From an uncultured Actinomycetes bacterium (GTDB taxonomy: Bacteria > Actinomycetota > Thermoleophilia > Solirubrobacterales > Solirubrobacteraceae), in the NCBI GenBank assembly GCA_963846075.1, contig CAWJUS010000009.1, positions 85,534-149,533 on the forward strand: 64,000 bases of DNA, in the 5' to 3' direction. The position numbers and the translations under genes were made by a program. Below are positions 9,033-18,633 of this stretch, piece by piece (the stretch's first letter is position 1; every line of letters starts with the position of its first letter). The notes under the pieces were generated by a model, which saw only the letters and a list, made by a program, of their open reading frames with translations, ran no database searches and was not told the DNA's origin.

Positions 9033-10354
9033 TTGTCGATCGGAACGTAGTCGCGCTCGCGCTTGCCGGTGTAGATCTGCCGCGGCCGGGCGATCTTCTG
9101 CTCCTTGTCGTCGATCATCTCCTGCCACTGCGCGATCCAGCCGCTCGTGCGGCCGATCGCGAACAGCACCGGGAACATCTCCACCGGCATGCCCAGCGCC
9201 TGGTAGATGATGCCCGAGTAGAAGTCGACGTTCGGATAGAGCTTGCGCTCGTGGAAATAGTCGTCGTCGAGCGCGATCTTTTCGAGCTCGATGGCGATGT
9301 CGAGCAGCGGGTCGGTGCCCGTGACCTCGAACACCTCGTAGGCGTGCTTGCGGATGATCTTGGCCCGCGGGTCGTAGTTCTTGTAGACGCGGTGGCCGAA
9401 CCCCATCAGCTTCTCCTCGCCCTCCTTGACGCCCTTGATGAAGTCCGGAATGTTCTCCTTGGTCTCGATCCGGTTGAGCATCCGCAGCACCTGCTCGTTG
9501 GCGCCGCCGTGGAGCGGCCCGTAGAGCGCGGCGACACCGGCGGCCACCGCTGAGTAAGGGTCGACCTGGGAGGAGCCGACGCTCCGTACGGCGCTCGTGG
9601 AGCAGTTCTGCTCGTGATCGGCGTGAAGGATGAAGAGGATGTCCAGCGCCCGCTCCAGCCGGGGGTCCGGCTCGTAGCGAATCTCGGTCATCTTGTAGAT
9701 CATCGAGAGGAAGTTGCCCGGGTAGCTCAGCTCGTTGTCCGGGTACACGTACGGCTTGCCCTGGTTGTGCCGGAAGGCGAACGCAGCCAGCGTCGGCATC
9801 TTGGCGATCAGCCGGATGATCTGGATGTAGCGAAGTTCCTCGTCCTTGATCTTGCTGGCCTCGGGATAGAAGGTCGAGAGCGCGCCGACCGACGCCAGCA
9901 GCATGCCCATGGGGTGCGCGTCGTAGCGGAACCCGTACATGAACTCCTTGATGTTCTCGTGCACGAACGTGTGGATCGTCACCTCGTGCGTCCACTCGTC
10001 GAGCTGCTTCTGCGTCGGCAGCTCGCCATGGATCAGCAGGTACGCGACCTCCAGGTAGCTCGAGCGCTCGGCCAGCTCCTCGATCGGATAGCCCCGGTAC
10101 TCGAGAACCCCCGCCTCCCCGTCGATGAACGTGATAGCCGAGCGACAGGCGGCCGTGGCCATGTACGCCGGGTCGTAGCTCATCAAGCCGAAGTCGTCCT
10201 CGTGGACCTTGATGTTCCGCAACTCGGTGGCCCGGATCGTCTCGTCCTCGATCGGGATCTCGTACTGCTTGCCGGTGCGGTTGTCGGTGACGCTGAGGCT
10301 GTCCTTCGAAGTCTGGGCGCCGGCGCCATCCGTCTGCTTGGTCTCTGTGGTCAT
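9023..10354 (-). CDS. gltA: Citrate synthase
   Basis: HADHEQNCST, GPLHGGAN, MGFGHRVYKNYDPRA, YPNVDFYSG. Confidence 0.97.
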   Translation of the reverse strand: MTTETKQTDGAGAQTSKDSLSVTDNRTGKQYEIPIEDETIRATELRNIKVHEDDFGLMSYDPAYMATAACRSAITFIDGEAGVLEYRGYPIEELAERSSYLEVAYLLIHGELPTQKQLDEWTHEVTIHTFVHENIKEFMYGFRYDAHPMGMLLASVGALSTFYPEASKIKDEELRYIQIIRLIAKMPTLAAFAFRHNQGKPYVYPDNELSYPGNFLSMIYKMTEIRYEPDPRLERALDILFILHADHEQNCSTSAVRSVGSSQVDPYSAVAAGVAALYGPLHGGANEQVLRMLNRIETKENIPDFIKGVKEGEEKLMGFGHRVYKNYDPRAKIIRKHAYEVFEVTGTDPLLDIAIELEKIALDDDYFHERKLYPNVDFYSGIIYQALGMPVEMFPVLFAIGRTSGWIAQWQEMIDDKEQKIARPRQIYTGKRERDYVPIDKRS

Positions 10355-10381
10355 TGCGTTCCTCTCACGCGGTTCCCGAGG

Positions 10382-10458
10382 GCGATGTCTGCGGCTCTGA
10401 TGCTTCCCACCGGGAAAACACTAAAAGCCAGAGGGAAAGACCATCGCTCATCACTCTA
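10382..10458 (-). promoter_or_regulatory. gltA leader: TAGAGT -10 box followed by a 66-nt multi-segment hairpin
   Basis: Minus-strand TAGAGT at 10458-10453; pairings GCGAU/AUCGC, GUCU/AGAC, CUCUG/CAGAG, GCUU/AAGC across 10447-10382. Confidence 0.45.
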
Positions 10459-10557
10459 GTCCTTCCCGCCGCAAATACGGCTGGACCGAGAGGGGTCCAA
10501 TGACGGATCGCTGGCGAGTCGCGGCGCGGGCGCCGTGTCACCGGATGACGCGGCCCG

Positions 10558-10764
10558 CTATTGCGCGTAAACCGCAGTGCCCATGGCGATGACCGCCAGC
10601 ACAAAGGTGAACGCGATCACTCCGCGCTGACCGCCGCGGCCGCCCGGGAACGTCGGGTTGCGGAGGCCGAGCGTGGCCAGCACCACGGCCCAGATGGCGA
10701 GCACCGACCCGCCGATGTAGAACGGGACCTTCGAGGGGTCCGATGCGAACACGAGGTGCAGCAC
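10558..10764 (-). CDS. Small membrane protein (2 TM)
   Basis: 68 aa with two hydrophobic segments; SKVPFYIGG...W motif; TANNNT box upstream. Confidence 0.7.
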   Translation of the reverse strand: MLHLVFASDPSKVPFYIGGSVLAIWAVVLATLGLRNPTFPGGRGGQRGVIAFTFVLAVIAMGTAVYAQ

Positions 10765-10776
10765 GGTGCGCGAAAG

Positions 10777-11373
10777 CTATCCGATTCTTGAGCGGTCCCG
10801 GTGCTCCCGTCCGCCGGTGCCCTGGTAACGGCTCTCGGTCGCCGCTCGCTGGCCCTGGTAGTGGCTGCCCAGCTCGGGGCTGCCGTATGGCCGCTTCGCG
10901 GGGCGGTCGAGCGCCATGAATGAAAGCTGAGCGATCGGTAGGCCGGGATACAGCTTGATCGGCACCCGCGTCAGGTTGTTGAGCTCGAGCGTGAGCGTGC
11001 CCTTCCACCCCGGATCACAGAATCCGGCCGTGGCGTGGACGATCAGGCCGAGGCGGCCGACGCTCGATTTTCCCTCGATTCTCGCGACCACATCGTTCGG
11101 CAGCTCCACCCACTCGAGCGTCCGGCCGAGGCAGAACTCCCCGGGATGGATCACGAACGACTCCTCCGGGGAAACGACCACTTCTTCCGTCAGGCCGGCC
11201 GGGGGACTCCGCAGATCGATCGCCGACACGCGGTGGTTGTGAAAGACGCGGAACGAGTCGCCGAGGCGCAGGTCGACGCTGGCCGGCTGGACCAGACCCG
11301 GGTCCCAGGGATCGATGCGGATCCGCCCGTTCTGGACCAGCTCGACGATCGTGCCGTCGGAGAGAACAGACAT
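10777..11373 (-). CDS. dcd: dCTP deaminase
   Basis: QPASVDLRL, EGKSSVGRLGLIVHATAGFCDPGWKG, IAQLSF; start at MSVLSD (11373) or 11388. Confidence 0.95.
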   Translation of the reverse strand: MSVLSDGTIVELVQNGRIRIDPWDPGLVQPASVDLRLGDSFRVFHNHRVSAIDLRSPPAGLTEEVVVSPEESFVIHPGEFCLGRTLEWVELPNDVVARIEGKSSVGRLGLIVHATAGFCDPGWKGTLTLELNNLTRVPIKLYPGLPIAQLSFMALDRPAKRPYGSPELGSHYQGQRAATESRYQGTGGREHRDRSRIG

Positions 11374-11576
11374 CGGCTCGCCGACCATGGCCGCAGTCTG
11401 CCAGCCGCCGCGGACTCGTCGGGGTTCGCGGGGTCGGTGGAGCGGCCCTAGCGGGCGGGCGGGGGCGCGGTGCGGGCGCGTCTGCGCACGGATTTCGTCG
11501 CAGACTCCTCCCCCTGCCTTGCGCTTGTCCACGCTGCGTTATCCGGGCTCCCGCGCGGCGCAGCCCGCGCTGGGAA

Positions 11577-11849
11577 TCAGTGCCCGAGTTCGCGCGCCTT
11601 GGCGCGGACGCTCCGCACGCGCGCGGGGGGCATCGGCGACAGCCCGCCGTGGGGCCCACGACGCGGATGCCGGGGGTGCCGCGGGAACGGTCGCGGGCGA
11701 TGGGGATGCAGACGCTTGATGCCCCCGTCGTCATCGGAGGCCGAAGGCGGCTCCTCAGGCTTCTGGCGGATCGCCCACCAGACGAGAATGATGAGCGCGA
11801 TCAGTGGGATCTTGATCGCGAACATCAGCCACAGGAATCCCCACGTCAC
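11577..11849 (-). CDS. Small membrane protein with Pro/Arg-rich tail
   Basis: N-terminal TM (WGFLWLMFAIKIPLIALIILVWWAI), DDDGG linker; TAGGAT box 7 nt upstream. Confidence 0.7.
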   Translation of the reverse strand: MTWGFLWLMFAIKIPLIALIILVWWAIRQKPEEPPSASDDDGGIKRLHPHRPRPFPRHPRHPRRGPHGGLSPMPPARVRSVRAKARELGH

Positions 11850-11930
11850 GGTGCGGATCCTACCCCCGCTGGCGCGGATTGCAACGGTTCTCAGGCCCGG
11901 CGGCCCGACGCGGTGAGCTTGTGGGCAGGC

Positions 11931-12867
11931 TCAGTCCCGCAGCGCTATCGGCTTCTCGCCGAACTGGGTGATCCGCTGCAGGTCGGAGACCCGCTCGGAG
12001 ATCTCATCGCCCGACAGTCGCGCCACCCGTTCGACGCCGAACTCCTCGACATTGAACGAGGCCAGCGCGGTTCCGTAGGCCATCGCGCGGCGCAGCAAAT
12101 CGTGGTCGAGCTCTTCCTCGGCATGGGCGGCGATGTAGCCCATGAACCCGCCGGCGAAGCAGTCGCCGGCACCCGTGGGGTCGACGACGTCCTCCAGGGG
12201 GAACGCCGGCAGGGCGAAAAAGCCCTCCTCGGTGACCATCGCCGCGCCATATTCCCCCTGCTTGGCGACGACGACGCGGGGACCCCACTCCCGGATCTGC
12301 CGCGCCGCGCGGATGAGGTTCGGCTCGCGCGTGAGCTCGCGCAGCTCGGCGTCGTTGAGCAGCACGCAGTCGACTCCGCGGATGGTCTCGACCAGCGACT
12401 CGCGCTTGGTCTCGATCCACAGGTTCATCGAGTCGAGCGCCACGAAGTGGGCATCGCGGCATTGGGCGCGGACCTGCTGCTGGAGCTCGGGCTGGATGTT
12501 GGCCAGGAACAGGACGTCCGCCGTGCGAGCCGCATCGGACAGCTTGGGCTCAAAGTCCGCGAACACGTTCAGCTGCGTATCGAGAGTCTCGCGGTCGTTC
12601 AGATCCCAGCCGTAGGTGCCGCGCCAGAAGAACGTCTTCCCTCCCGGGACATGCTCGATCGCATCGGTGTCGATCCCGCGACGGCGCAGCGATCTCGTAC
12701 TCGGGCTCGGCGAAGTCGTCGCCCACCGGGCCGACGACGTGGACGGCGTCGAAGAACGACGCCGCCAGGGCGAAGTGGACCGCCGACCCGCCGAGCATTC
12801 GCTCCCGGGTGCCAAATGGGGTCGTGACCGCATCGAACGCGATCGAGCCTACGACGGTGACCGACAT
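11931..12867 (-). CDS. PfkB-family carbohydrate kinase; frameshift near 12690
   Basis: VVGSIAFD...LGGSA in one frame, then VVDPTGAGDCFAGG PfkB signature in the next. Confidence 0.9.
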
Positions 12868-12947
12868 CGGCCGAGGAGCGTAGCGGGGTCGGGCTCAGAC
12901 CGCGGCCGGAGCCGGTCCGAAGCCAGGGCGCTCGGAACGCCCGCGCC

Positions 12948-14121
12948 TCAGGCCGCGAGGAGCTGCTTGCTCGAGTCGGCCTCGAGCAGCCGCTCGTAGA
13001 CCCGGTAGCGCTTGACGATCCGCGCCCCCATGGCCTCGAGCCCACGGTTCATCGAACTGTTGACCTCCAGGATCCAGCCCGCCTCTCCGTGCTTCACCCC
13101 AACCTTGGCCGCCATGTCGAAATGCTCGATGTAGAGCGCCGCCGCCACGCCGGTGTGCTGATACTCGGGCCGCACACCCAGGAATCCGATCCGGACCTGG
13201 TCGATGATCCGCTTGCGATTCAGGTAATGCCACCAGCCGAGCGGCAGAAGGCGGCCCTTCATCCTCTTCAGTACCTGATTGATGTCGGGGATCGAGATCG
13301 CCATCGCCACCGTCTCCGAGTCGTTCTCGGCGATCATGAACCAGTCCCGGTCGTAGACCAGCTGCAGCAGCATCGTCAGGTCGTCGAGGTCCTCTTTGCG
13401 GTAGGGGACAAAGTCCCAGTTGGCCGCCCAGGCGGCGTTGTAGACCTTCGCGAACTCGTCCATCTCCCGGCGGAGGTGAAGCCGGGACATCTTGCGGATC
13501 TTGATCCCGTACTTGTTGGCGCATCGCTCGGCCAGCTGTTCCAGGATCGGATTCATGCGCTCGTCGCGGTCGGTGATGCCGGACGTCCCAGTGGAACAGG
13601 TCCATCGCCTTGGTCAACCCGGCCGCTTCATAGCGCTGCTGGTAGTAGGGCGGCTGCCACCCTTGGTCGATCATCGGCTCGAGTTCGAAGCCATCGATCA
13701 ACACTCCGGCCTCGTCGTTGAACGTGAACGACATGGGCCCCACCATCCGTTCGAGGTTCCGCTCACGCAGCCAGCCCTCGGCTTTGGCGAGTAGCTCGTC
13801 AAAAGCCTGCTGATCGTCCTCGAACTCGAGAAAGCCGAAGCCCCCCCAGCGCTCGCCTCGATGCTCGTTGAAGGAGTGGTTGACATGCGCGGAGATGCGC
13901 CCGACCACGCGGCCGGCCCGGCGAGCGAGGAAGTATTCGGCCTCGCCGTGCTTGAAGAACGCGTTGAGCTTGCGGTTCAGGAAGGCGTAGCGCTCCAGCT
14001 TCAGCGGCGGCACCCACGGCGTGCCGGCGTGTAGGCGGAACGGGAGGTCGACGAACTCGCGCAGCTGTACAAAACCGCGAACCGGCGAGACCTCCAGCGA
14101 AGTCCTGAGACCCACGGCCAC
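12948..14121 (-). CDS. GNAT-related protein (YghO-like); frameshift near 13575
   Basis: FVDLPF...WVPPL, VGRISA, GPMSF; continues YNAAWAANWDFVP, GVRPEYQHTG, WILEVN. Confidence 0.8.
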
Positions 14122-14251
14122 GGCGCCGCACGCTACCTGAAGCCCACGCCAGGAGGGAGTCGGCGCGTCAAACCGCGTAACGCACGCCCGCCCGGGGAAG
14201 CTGGTTGGGGAAGCCGGTTGAAGGAGGCAGCGCTGAACCGCAGAGGTGGGT

Positions 14252-14332
14252 TGTGAGCCAAACCTCGCGTAGATGGGGTGTGAGCCAAACCCCGCGGAGA
14301 TGGGGTGTGAGCCAAACCCCGCGGAGATGGTT
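14252..14332. repeat. 27-bp tandem repeat x3 in a divergent intergenic region
   Basis: Unit TGTGAGCCAAACCYCGCGKAGATGGGG at 14252, 14279 and 14306; no spacers. Confidence 0.9.
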
Positions 14333-14388
14333 TGTGTTTCAAACTATTTCTGAGCTCAAACGTCGCTGCTAGCATCTTTACCAGTCCA

Positions 14389-14865
14389 GTGAGCGCCCTC
14401 AAGGAAGATCCACACGTCGGCCCGCCCGGAGCCCACCGGGCGCTGAAAAAGCACACGGCGTTTCTTCTGGCCCGCATGGGCCACGTCGCCGCCAAGAAGT
14501 TCTCTGCCCGCCTCGAGCAACTCGGGATGACGACCCGCATGTGGGGAGCGCTGAGCGTGCTCGACGCCGAGGGAGCGATCACTCAGCAAAAGCTCGGTCA
14601 GTCAACCGGCATCGATCCTAGCTCGATGGTCGCCACCGTCGACGACCTCGAAGCCGCCGGACTCGTCGAGCGGCGCCGACATCCCTCCGACCGCCGGGCG
14701 CACGCGCTCCACATCACCGAAAAGGGGCGTGCGACCCTGAGTCGCGGTCGCAGAGTGGCACGCGGCGCTCAGGAGGATCTGCTGGCGCCGCTGAGCCCCG
14801 CAGAGCGCGAGCAGCTGCACGAGCTGCTGCTGCGCCTGGTGGAGGCTCACCAACCGAAGGCCTAG
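14389..14865 (+). CDS. MarR-family transcriptional regulator
   Basis: ITQQKLG...IDPSSMVATVDDLE..GLVERRRHPSDRRAHAL wHTH; likely start GTG 14389. Confidence 0.9.
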   Translation: MSALKEDPHVGPPGAHRALKKHTAFLLARMGHVAAKKFSARLEQLGMTTRMWGALSVLDAEGAITQQKLGQSTGIDPSSMVATVDDLEAAGLVERRRHPSDRRAHALHITEKGRATLSRGRRVARGAQEDLLAPLSPAEREQLHELLLRLVEAHQPKA

Positions 14866-14873
14866 GCCCGGAA

Positions 14874-14936
14874 GCGGCGCTCGACCGCGGAGCGGCGCTC
14901 GACCGCGGAGCGGGGCTCGACCGCGGAGCGGGGCTC
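14874..14936. repeat. 18-bp tandem repeat x3.5 between convergent genes
   Basis: Unit GCGGSGCTCGACCGCGGA at 14874, 14892, 14910 and partial at 14928. Confidence 0.9.
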
Positions 14937-14939
14937 CGC

Positions 14940-16460
14940 TCAGGCCGGCACCACGACCACGCGGCCTGGAGCGGCGGCGACGCGCACGGCCGACGGCCGC
15001 GGGGCGCGGCTCAACGCGACGCCCACTCCCAGCAGCGCCCAGGTAGCTGGGTCCTCGAGGAAGTCGGCGTACAGCATCGTGTGGACGACCAGCGCCACGA
15101 AGGCGGCTGCGATCGCCGCACGCGCCGGATCGTCGCGCGCGCCGCGCACCAACCCGGCGATCGCCACGATGACCAGCGCCACGTAGACCAGCTCTCCGAT
15201 GAGCCCCTGCTCGGCGGCGATCGTTACCGGACTCGTGTGCGACGCGGTAAGCGTGCCCTGGCTCAGGTGATGCTGCTGGTAGGCGGTCTGGAATGACCCC
15301 GACCCGAACCCCCACAGCGGCCTGTCGGAGAACAGGTCGAGGCCGCCGTGAAGCACGCTGCCGCGCCCGGCCGAGACGCCGTTGAACCCCTGATTGAGCC
15401 CAAAAGTCTTGGGCGAGACGGCCACGGCGGCGGCGCCGATCACGACCACCACCGCGCCGACCGTGAGGGCCCGCGTCGGGCGCCACTTGTTGGCTGCCAG
15501 CACGCCCAGCCCGACCAGCAGCGCCACCATGCTCGCGCGCGAGAAGCTGAGCACCAGCGCCACCCAGAGGACGGCGAGCACCCCGGCGACCGTGAGCTGC
15601 TCGCGCTGGGGGCGGTCGTACAGCAACGCCACCGCCAGCAACACCATCGCCAGGGAAAGGAACCGTCCGAAGATATTCGGGTCGAAGAACACCGAGTTCA
15701 CGACGAAGTAGACATAGAGCTGGTTCTGCTGGGCGACCTTTGAAGACAGATACGTCGTCTTTGTCGCGTACTCCAGAAATCCGACAGCGGCGAAGGCAAC
15801 CGCCAGCAGGCCGACCACGCCCAGGCACCAGCGCAGCACGCGAGGCGTCCACTCCACGCGCCGCAGCAAGCAGAACAAGAGCGCGAACGGTGCGTAGAAG
15901 AACGACATGTTCTGCAGGGCCTGCTGCAGGCCCGCGCCGGGGGAGTACGTAGCCTGCAACGCGTAGAGGACGACGAAGGCCGCCAACAGCCGCTCGAGCC
16001 ACCCGCCGGGCTCGCGCTTGCTAACGCCCAGCGCCGGCTCGCCCCTCAGGGCCCGAAACGCATACGCCAGCGTCCCGGCTCCCACCACCACGTACAGCGG
16101 CACGAGCAAGTTCGACGAGCCACTTCCGGTACCGATCGTCACTCGGAACGGCAGCGTCGCGACCGCGAGCACCGGCAGGGCCTCCGGCCGGCGGTCGAAC
16201 GCGACCGCGAGCGCCACGACGATTGCCACCCCGAGCAATGCCAGCGCAACAGCCAGCAGCGGATGACGATGCACGATCGACAGCTTCGGCGAGTGCCAGA
16301 TCGACGCCAGGAGGAGCGGCGGCGTCGCCACGAGCGTGCACAGCATCGCTATTGCTCGGGTGCGCTCCACGCGCGCCGTGAGCACGACCGCCACCAGCAC
16401 GGCCACCGCGATGACGCCGAGCCGCGGAAGCGGCCCTGTCACTGCGGCGAGACCGATCAC
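14940..16460 (-). CDS. O-antigen ligase/Wzy_C-family membrane protein
   Basis: Many TM helices; FFDPNIFG, SFSRAS, PLWGFGSGSF, ASHTSPVTIAAEQGLIG. Confidence 0.85.
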   Translation of the reverse strand: MIGLAAVTGPLPRLGVIAVAVLVAVVLTARVERTRAIAMLCTLVATPPLLLASIWHSPKLSIVHRHPLLAVALALLGVAIVVALAVAFDRRPEALPVLAVATLPFRVTIGTGSGSSNLLVPLYVVVGAGTLAYAFRALRGEPALGVSKREPGGWLERLLAAFVVLYALQATYSPGAGLQQALQNMSFFYAPFALLFCLLRRVEWTPRVLRWCLGVVGLLAVAFAAVGFLEYATKTTYLSSKVAQQNQLYVYFVVNSVFFDPNIFGRFLSLAMVLLAVALLYDRPQREQLTVAGVLAVLWVALVLSFSRASMVALLVGLGVLAANKWRPTRALTVGAVVVVIGAAAVAVSPKTFGLNQGFNGVSAGRGSVLHGGLDLFSDRPLWGFGSGSFQTAYQQHHLSQGTLTASHTSPVTIAAEQGLIGELVYVALVIVAIAGLVRGARDDPARAAIAAAFVALVVHTMLYADFLEDPATWALLGVGVALSRAPRPSAVRVAAAPGRVVVVPA

Positions 16461-16503
16461 ACGGCCGGAGAGTAGTGCAGCAGTGATCCTTTACCCTGCC
16501 GCC

Positions 16504-16878
16504 ATGTCCACGGTCAGAGTCGTGCTTGCCGCGGGCTTGGCAGCAATCGCCCTCTCGGCATGTGGAGCGATCGCGAAGCCTTCGCGCGGCCGCGGCAGGG
16601 TCGACGATCCGCGGGTCGTCGCCGGCCACCTTCAATGCATTCGCGCCCACCATCTGCCGGCCACCGACGTCGGGAGCACGGGCATCCAAATCGGCACACC
16701 TCCCGCCGGCCCGACGATCAACTTCCTACCTACGCCCGGGGTGGCAACGGGCTATCAGATCGAGAACCGCGCGGCCGGCGCCGAGGTGATAGGCAACGCT
16801 CTGCTCTATCCGAACCAGGCGTCGGAAGGCGAGCTCGGCGTGATCGAGGGTTGCCTGGATCAAGGCGTCTCGAGGTAG
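16504..16878 (+). CDS. Hypothetical lipoprotein
   Basis: Lipobox LSAC after a hydrophobic signal; TACCCT box 6 nt before ATG. Confidence 0.7.
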   Translation: MSTVRVVLAAGLAAIALSACGAIAKPSRGRGRVDDPRVVAGHLQCIRAHHLPATDVGSTGIQIGTPPAGPTINFLPTPGVATGYQIENRAAGAEVIGNALLYPNQASEGELGVIEGCLDQGVSR

Positions 16879-17034
16879 CGAGCTGCCCGTCTCGATCGCA
16901 GAGGTCACGAGGCGCTCGGCGCTCCTGCCGGTCGTGCGAGCTTGGCCGCAGGCGCACTACCGCCTTATAGGGCACATCCGCACGTTCAGCGTCTATTCAA
17001 GTTGCGCCGGTAGGGTGGCGGTCTAGGTGCACTC

Positions 17035-18633
17035 GTGACAACTGTCACAACTTCACCACGGCGTCCCCGGCCGCTCGCCGGTCTGCGCCGGCCGGACTGG
17101 TTCGAGCGCGTCCCGTCATGGGCCGCCGCCGGCGGCGCGCTGCTCGTGCTGATGGCGATCTCGGCCTATCTGCGCACGCGCTTCATCGGCGGGCAGTTCT
17201 GGATGGACGAGGCCATCACCACAGGCATCTCCTCGCACTCCGTCTCGGCGATTCCGGGGATCCTGCGTCACGATGGAAACCCGCCGTTGTTCTACCTCTT
17301 GCTGCACGGCTGGATGACCCTGTTCGGCACGAGCGAGTCGGCTACGCACGGGCTGTCGCTGCTGTTCGGGTTGCTCACGGTGCCCGCCGGGATGTGGGCC
17401 GGCTGGACGCTTTTCGGCCGCCGGGCCGGGCTGATGGCCGGCGTCCTGTTCGCGTTCAACGCGTGGTTCACCTATTACGCGCAGGAGACGCGCATGTACG
17501 AGCTGATGGGGCTGCTCGGCATCGTGGCCACGGTGGCCTTCATTCAGGCATTCGTCTACCGAAGACGCGCATACCTGATCGTGTTCACCGTGACGCTGGC
17601 GCTGATGCTCTACACCCACACGTGGGGCGTGTTCGTGGTCGTGGGAGGCATCGTGGCGCTGATTCCTGCCTACGTCGTCTCCGAGGACCGGCGAGCGCTG
17701 ATCCGCGACGCCGTGATCGCCTTCGTCGGCGCCGGCATCCTCTACCTCCCGTGGCTGCCCAACTTCCTCTACCAGGCAGGGCATACGGCGGCCCCGTGGA
17801 GCAAGAGACCGGGACTGGGCACGCCGATTCTCATCTCGCGCCAGGTGCTGGGCGGCGACCGGGTGACGATCGTCTTGCTCGCGGCGTGCGTCGTCGGGCT
17901 GGCGGGCTACTTCACGCGCAGCAAGCGGCGGACGCGAGAGGCAGCGGTCCTCTGGACCCTGATCGTCTTTCCGATCGTCACGCTCGCCGTGGCCTGGCTC
18001 TCCTCGCAGGTCAACCCCGCCTATGTGCCTCGCTACTTCGCGCCCGTCGTGGCGTCGATCCTGCTGATCGCGGCGCTGGGCTCCGCGCGCGCCGGCGTGC
18101 TCGGGATCGTCGCGCTCGCGGCGTCAGTCGTGTTCCTGCTCAACCCGAGCGCCGTCGTGCCCTCCTACAAAAGCGACATGCGCGACGTGGGAGGCGAGAT
18201 GGCGCCGCTCGTGCACGCCGGCGACCTGGTGGTCGTAGGCCAGCCCGAGCAGACCTCGCTGGCCTGGTACTACCTCCCGAACAAGCTGCGCTACGCCAAC
18301 ACCACGGGCCCGGTGGCCGATCCCACGTACATGAACTGGGTGGACGCGCTCTCGCGCCTGAAGCACGCCGCTCCTGCGGCGACGCTCGATCCACTCGTTG
18401 CTAGCCTCAAGCCCGGCCAGCAGCTGCTCTACGTCCGCCCGCTGACCGAAGGCGCGCAGAACTGGGAAGCGCCGTGGACGCAGTTGATCCGTCGGCGCTC
18501 CGCTCAATGGGGAGCGCTTCTGCAGGCGGATGTGGACAGGGGCGAACTGAGCGTCGTGGCGGTCGCCCCTCACTTCTACCGCCAAGCCCCCGACATCGCC
18601 GACAGCGCAGTCCTATACAAGCGAAATGCCTGA
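17035..18633 (+). CDS. GT-C membrane glycosyltransferase (GT39/PMT-like)
   Basis: FWMDEA, DGNPPLFYLLLHGW, YYAQETRMY, LYTH and YLPWLP motifs; multi-TM. Confidence 0.85.
   Translation: MTTVTTSPRRPRPLAGLRRPDWFERVPSWAAAGGALLVLMAISAYLRTRFIGGQFWMDEAITTGISSHSVSAIPGILRHDGNPPLFYLLLHGWMTLFGTSESATHGLSLLFGLLTVPAGMWAGWTLFGRRAGLMAGVLFAFNAWFTYYAQETRMYELMGLLGIVATVAFIQAFVYRRRAYLIVFTVTLALMLYTHTWGVFVVVGGIVALIPAYVVSEDRRALIRDAVIAFVGAGILYLPWLPNFLYQAGHTAAPWSKRPGLGTPILISRQVLGGDRVTIVLLAACVVGLAGYFTRSKRRTREAAVLWTLIVFPIVTLAVAWLSSQVNPAYVPRYFAPVVASILLIAALGSARAGVLGIVALAASVVFLLNPSAVVPSYKSDMRDVGGEMAPLVHAGDLVVVGQPEQTSLAWYYLPNKLRYANTTGPVADPTYMNWVDALSRLKHAAPAATLDPLVASLKPGQQLLYVRPLTEGAQNWEAPWTQLIRRRSAQWGALLQADVDRGELSVVAVAPHFYRQAPDIADSAVLYKRNA

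Noticed and set aside
11580-12827. Long antisense/alternate-frame ORFs (e.g. 11580-12827, 46335-48176, 51620-52834, 28075-29358)
   Set aside because: Shadow ORFs expected in high-GC DNA; they overlap genes with clear family motifs and have no recognisable domains.
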